Assembly (NCBI GenBank): GCA_040772725.1
Contig: JAXGXR010000001.1
Location: 9,977-73,976 of the forward strand
Direction: 5' to 3'
Origin: Clostridia bacterium
Lineage (GTDB): Bacteria > Bacillota > Clostridia > Saccharofermentanales > UBA5734
DNA: 64,000 nt
Part shown: piece after piece, positions 63,731 to 64,000 of the stretch
How positions within the stretch are numbered: the first letter of the stretch is position 1
How the letters are laid out: every line of letters starts with the position of its first letter
Notes under the pieces: model-generated
Told to the model about the DNA's origin: nothing
Databases searched by the model: none
Seen by the model: the letters and a program-made list of their open reading frames with translations, nothing else
Position numbers and translations under genes: made by a program

Positions 63731-63762
63731 CCGTTGAGACTGTAAGGTCTTGACGGTTTTTT
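63731..63762 (+). terminator. intrinsic terminator after tRNA-Pro(CGG)
   Basis: A 10-bp stem CCGTTGAGAC/GTCTTGACGG (two G-U pairs), followed by T6. Confidence 0.8.
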
Positions 63763-63774
63763 CATTGCCTCATG

Positions 63775-64000
63775 TCAAAATGACTTCCAGCATTTCACTT
63801 TCATAAAAGCCATGATTTCCTCATCTGATTTGCCCTCATAATAGGCTATTAAGATTCTTTTAAATTCAGGCACTTCCTTTTCAGGAATGACGATAAGCCC
63901 TCCCCCTTGAGAAATTAAAAAGTGATTGGCAAAAATGACTGCAGCTCTTTTATTTCCATCATTGAAGACTTGCGTCTTCATGCAATAAAGGCATAGTTTT
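63775..64000 (-). CDS. Fic/Doc-family protein, C-terminal part (runs off the right edge), with a degenerate active-site motif
   Basis: QVFNDGNKRAAV corresponds to the Doc-type HxFxDxNKR motif with Gln in the His position. The frame stays open upstream of the listed ATG to position 64000. The DNA is AT-rich. Confidence 0.6.
   Translation of the reverse strand, partial: KLCLYCMKTQVFNDGNKRAAVIFANHFLISQGGGLIVIPEKEVPEFKRILIAYYEGKSDEEIMAFMKVKCWKSF

Overview
A 64-kb chromosomal window from a high-GC, Gram-positive-type strict anaerobe, probably Clostridia-like. This is supported by sigma-A type TTGACA/TATAAT promoters, nadD-yqeK-rsfS-comEA synteny, and genes for desulfoferrodoxin, rubrerythrin, flavodoxin and a sensory [FeFe]-hydrogenase-like protein. 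I support about 60 protein genes, two solitary tRNA-Pro genes, and a set of intrinsic terminators and promoters. I see no rRNA, CRISPR array, transposase, integrase or phage genes. Most content is housekeeping: argS, thrS, prfB, purF, purE-purN-purH-purD, lysA, hom, pfkA-ppx-ppk, rRNA/tRNA modification enzymes, a two-component system and an NMT1-type ABC importer. Five things are not explained by ordinary annotation. (1) An unclassified hairpin-forming intergenic repeat family occurs at three loci: a 560-bp array at 9137-9690 and single copies at 323-440 and 61453-61592. Two copies end in a near-identical promoter-like core just upstream of the resident promoters. (2) A seven-gene DRTGG / kinase-like ATPase / HydS-like / PHP / GHKL / [2Fe-2S] operon (45.1-49.5 kb) has no catalytic hydrogenase genes next to it. 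Inside it, an in-frame TGA is the only separator between two genes, and the second gene has no canonical start codon. (3) A TM1266-type regulator heads the ABC importer operon behind a terminator-containing leader. (4) An AT-rich, ORF-free ~400-nt unit is bounded by a promoter-like site and a strong terminator (16.93-17.37 kb). (5) An abrupt GC drop with a degenerate Doc/Fic-like gene follows tRNA-Pro(CGG) at the right edge. All functional calls rest on my reading of the translated ORFs and motifs; no database search was possible.
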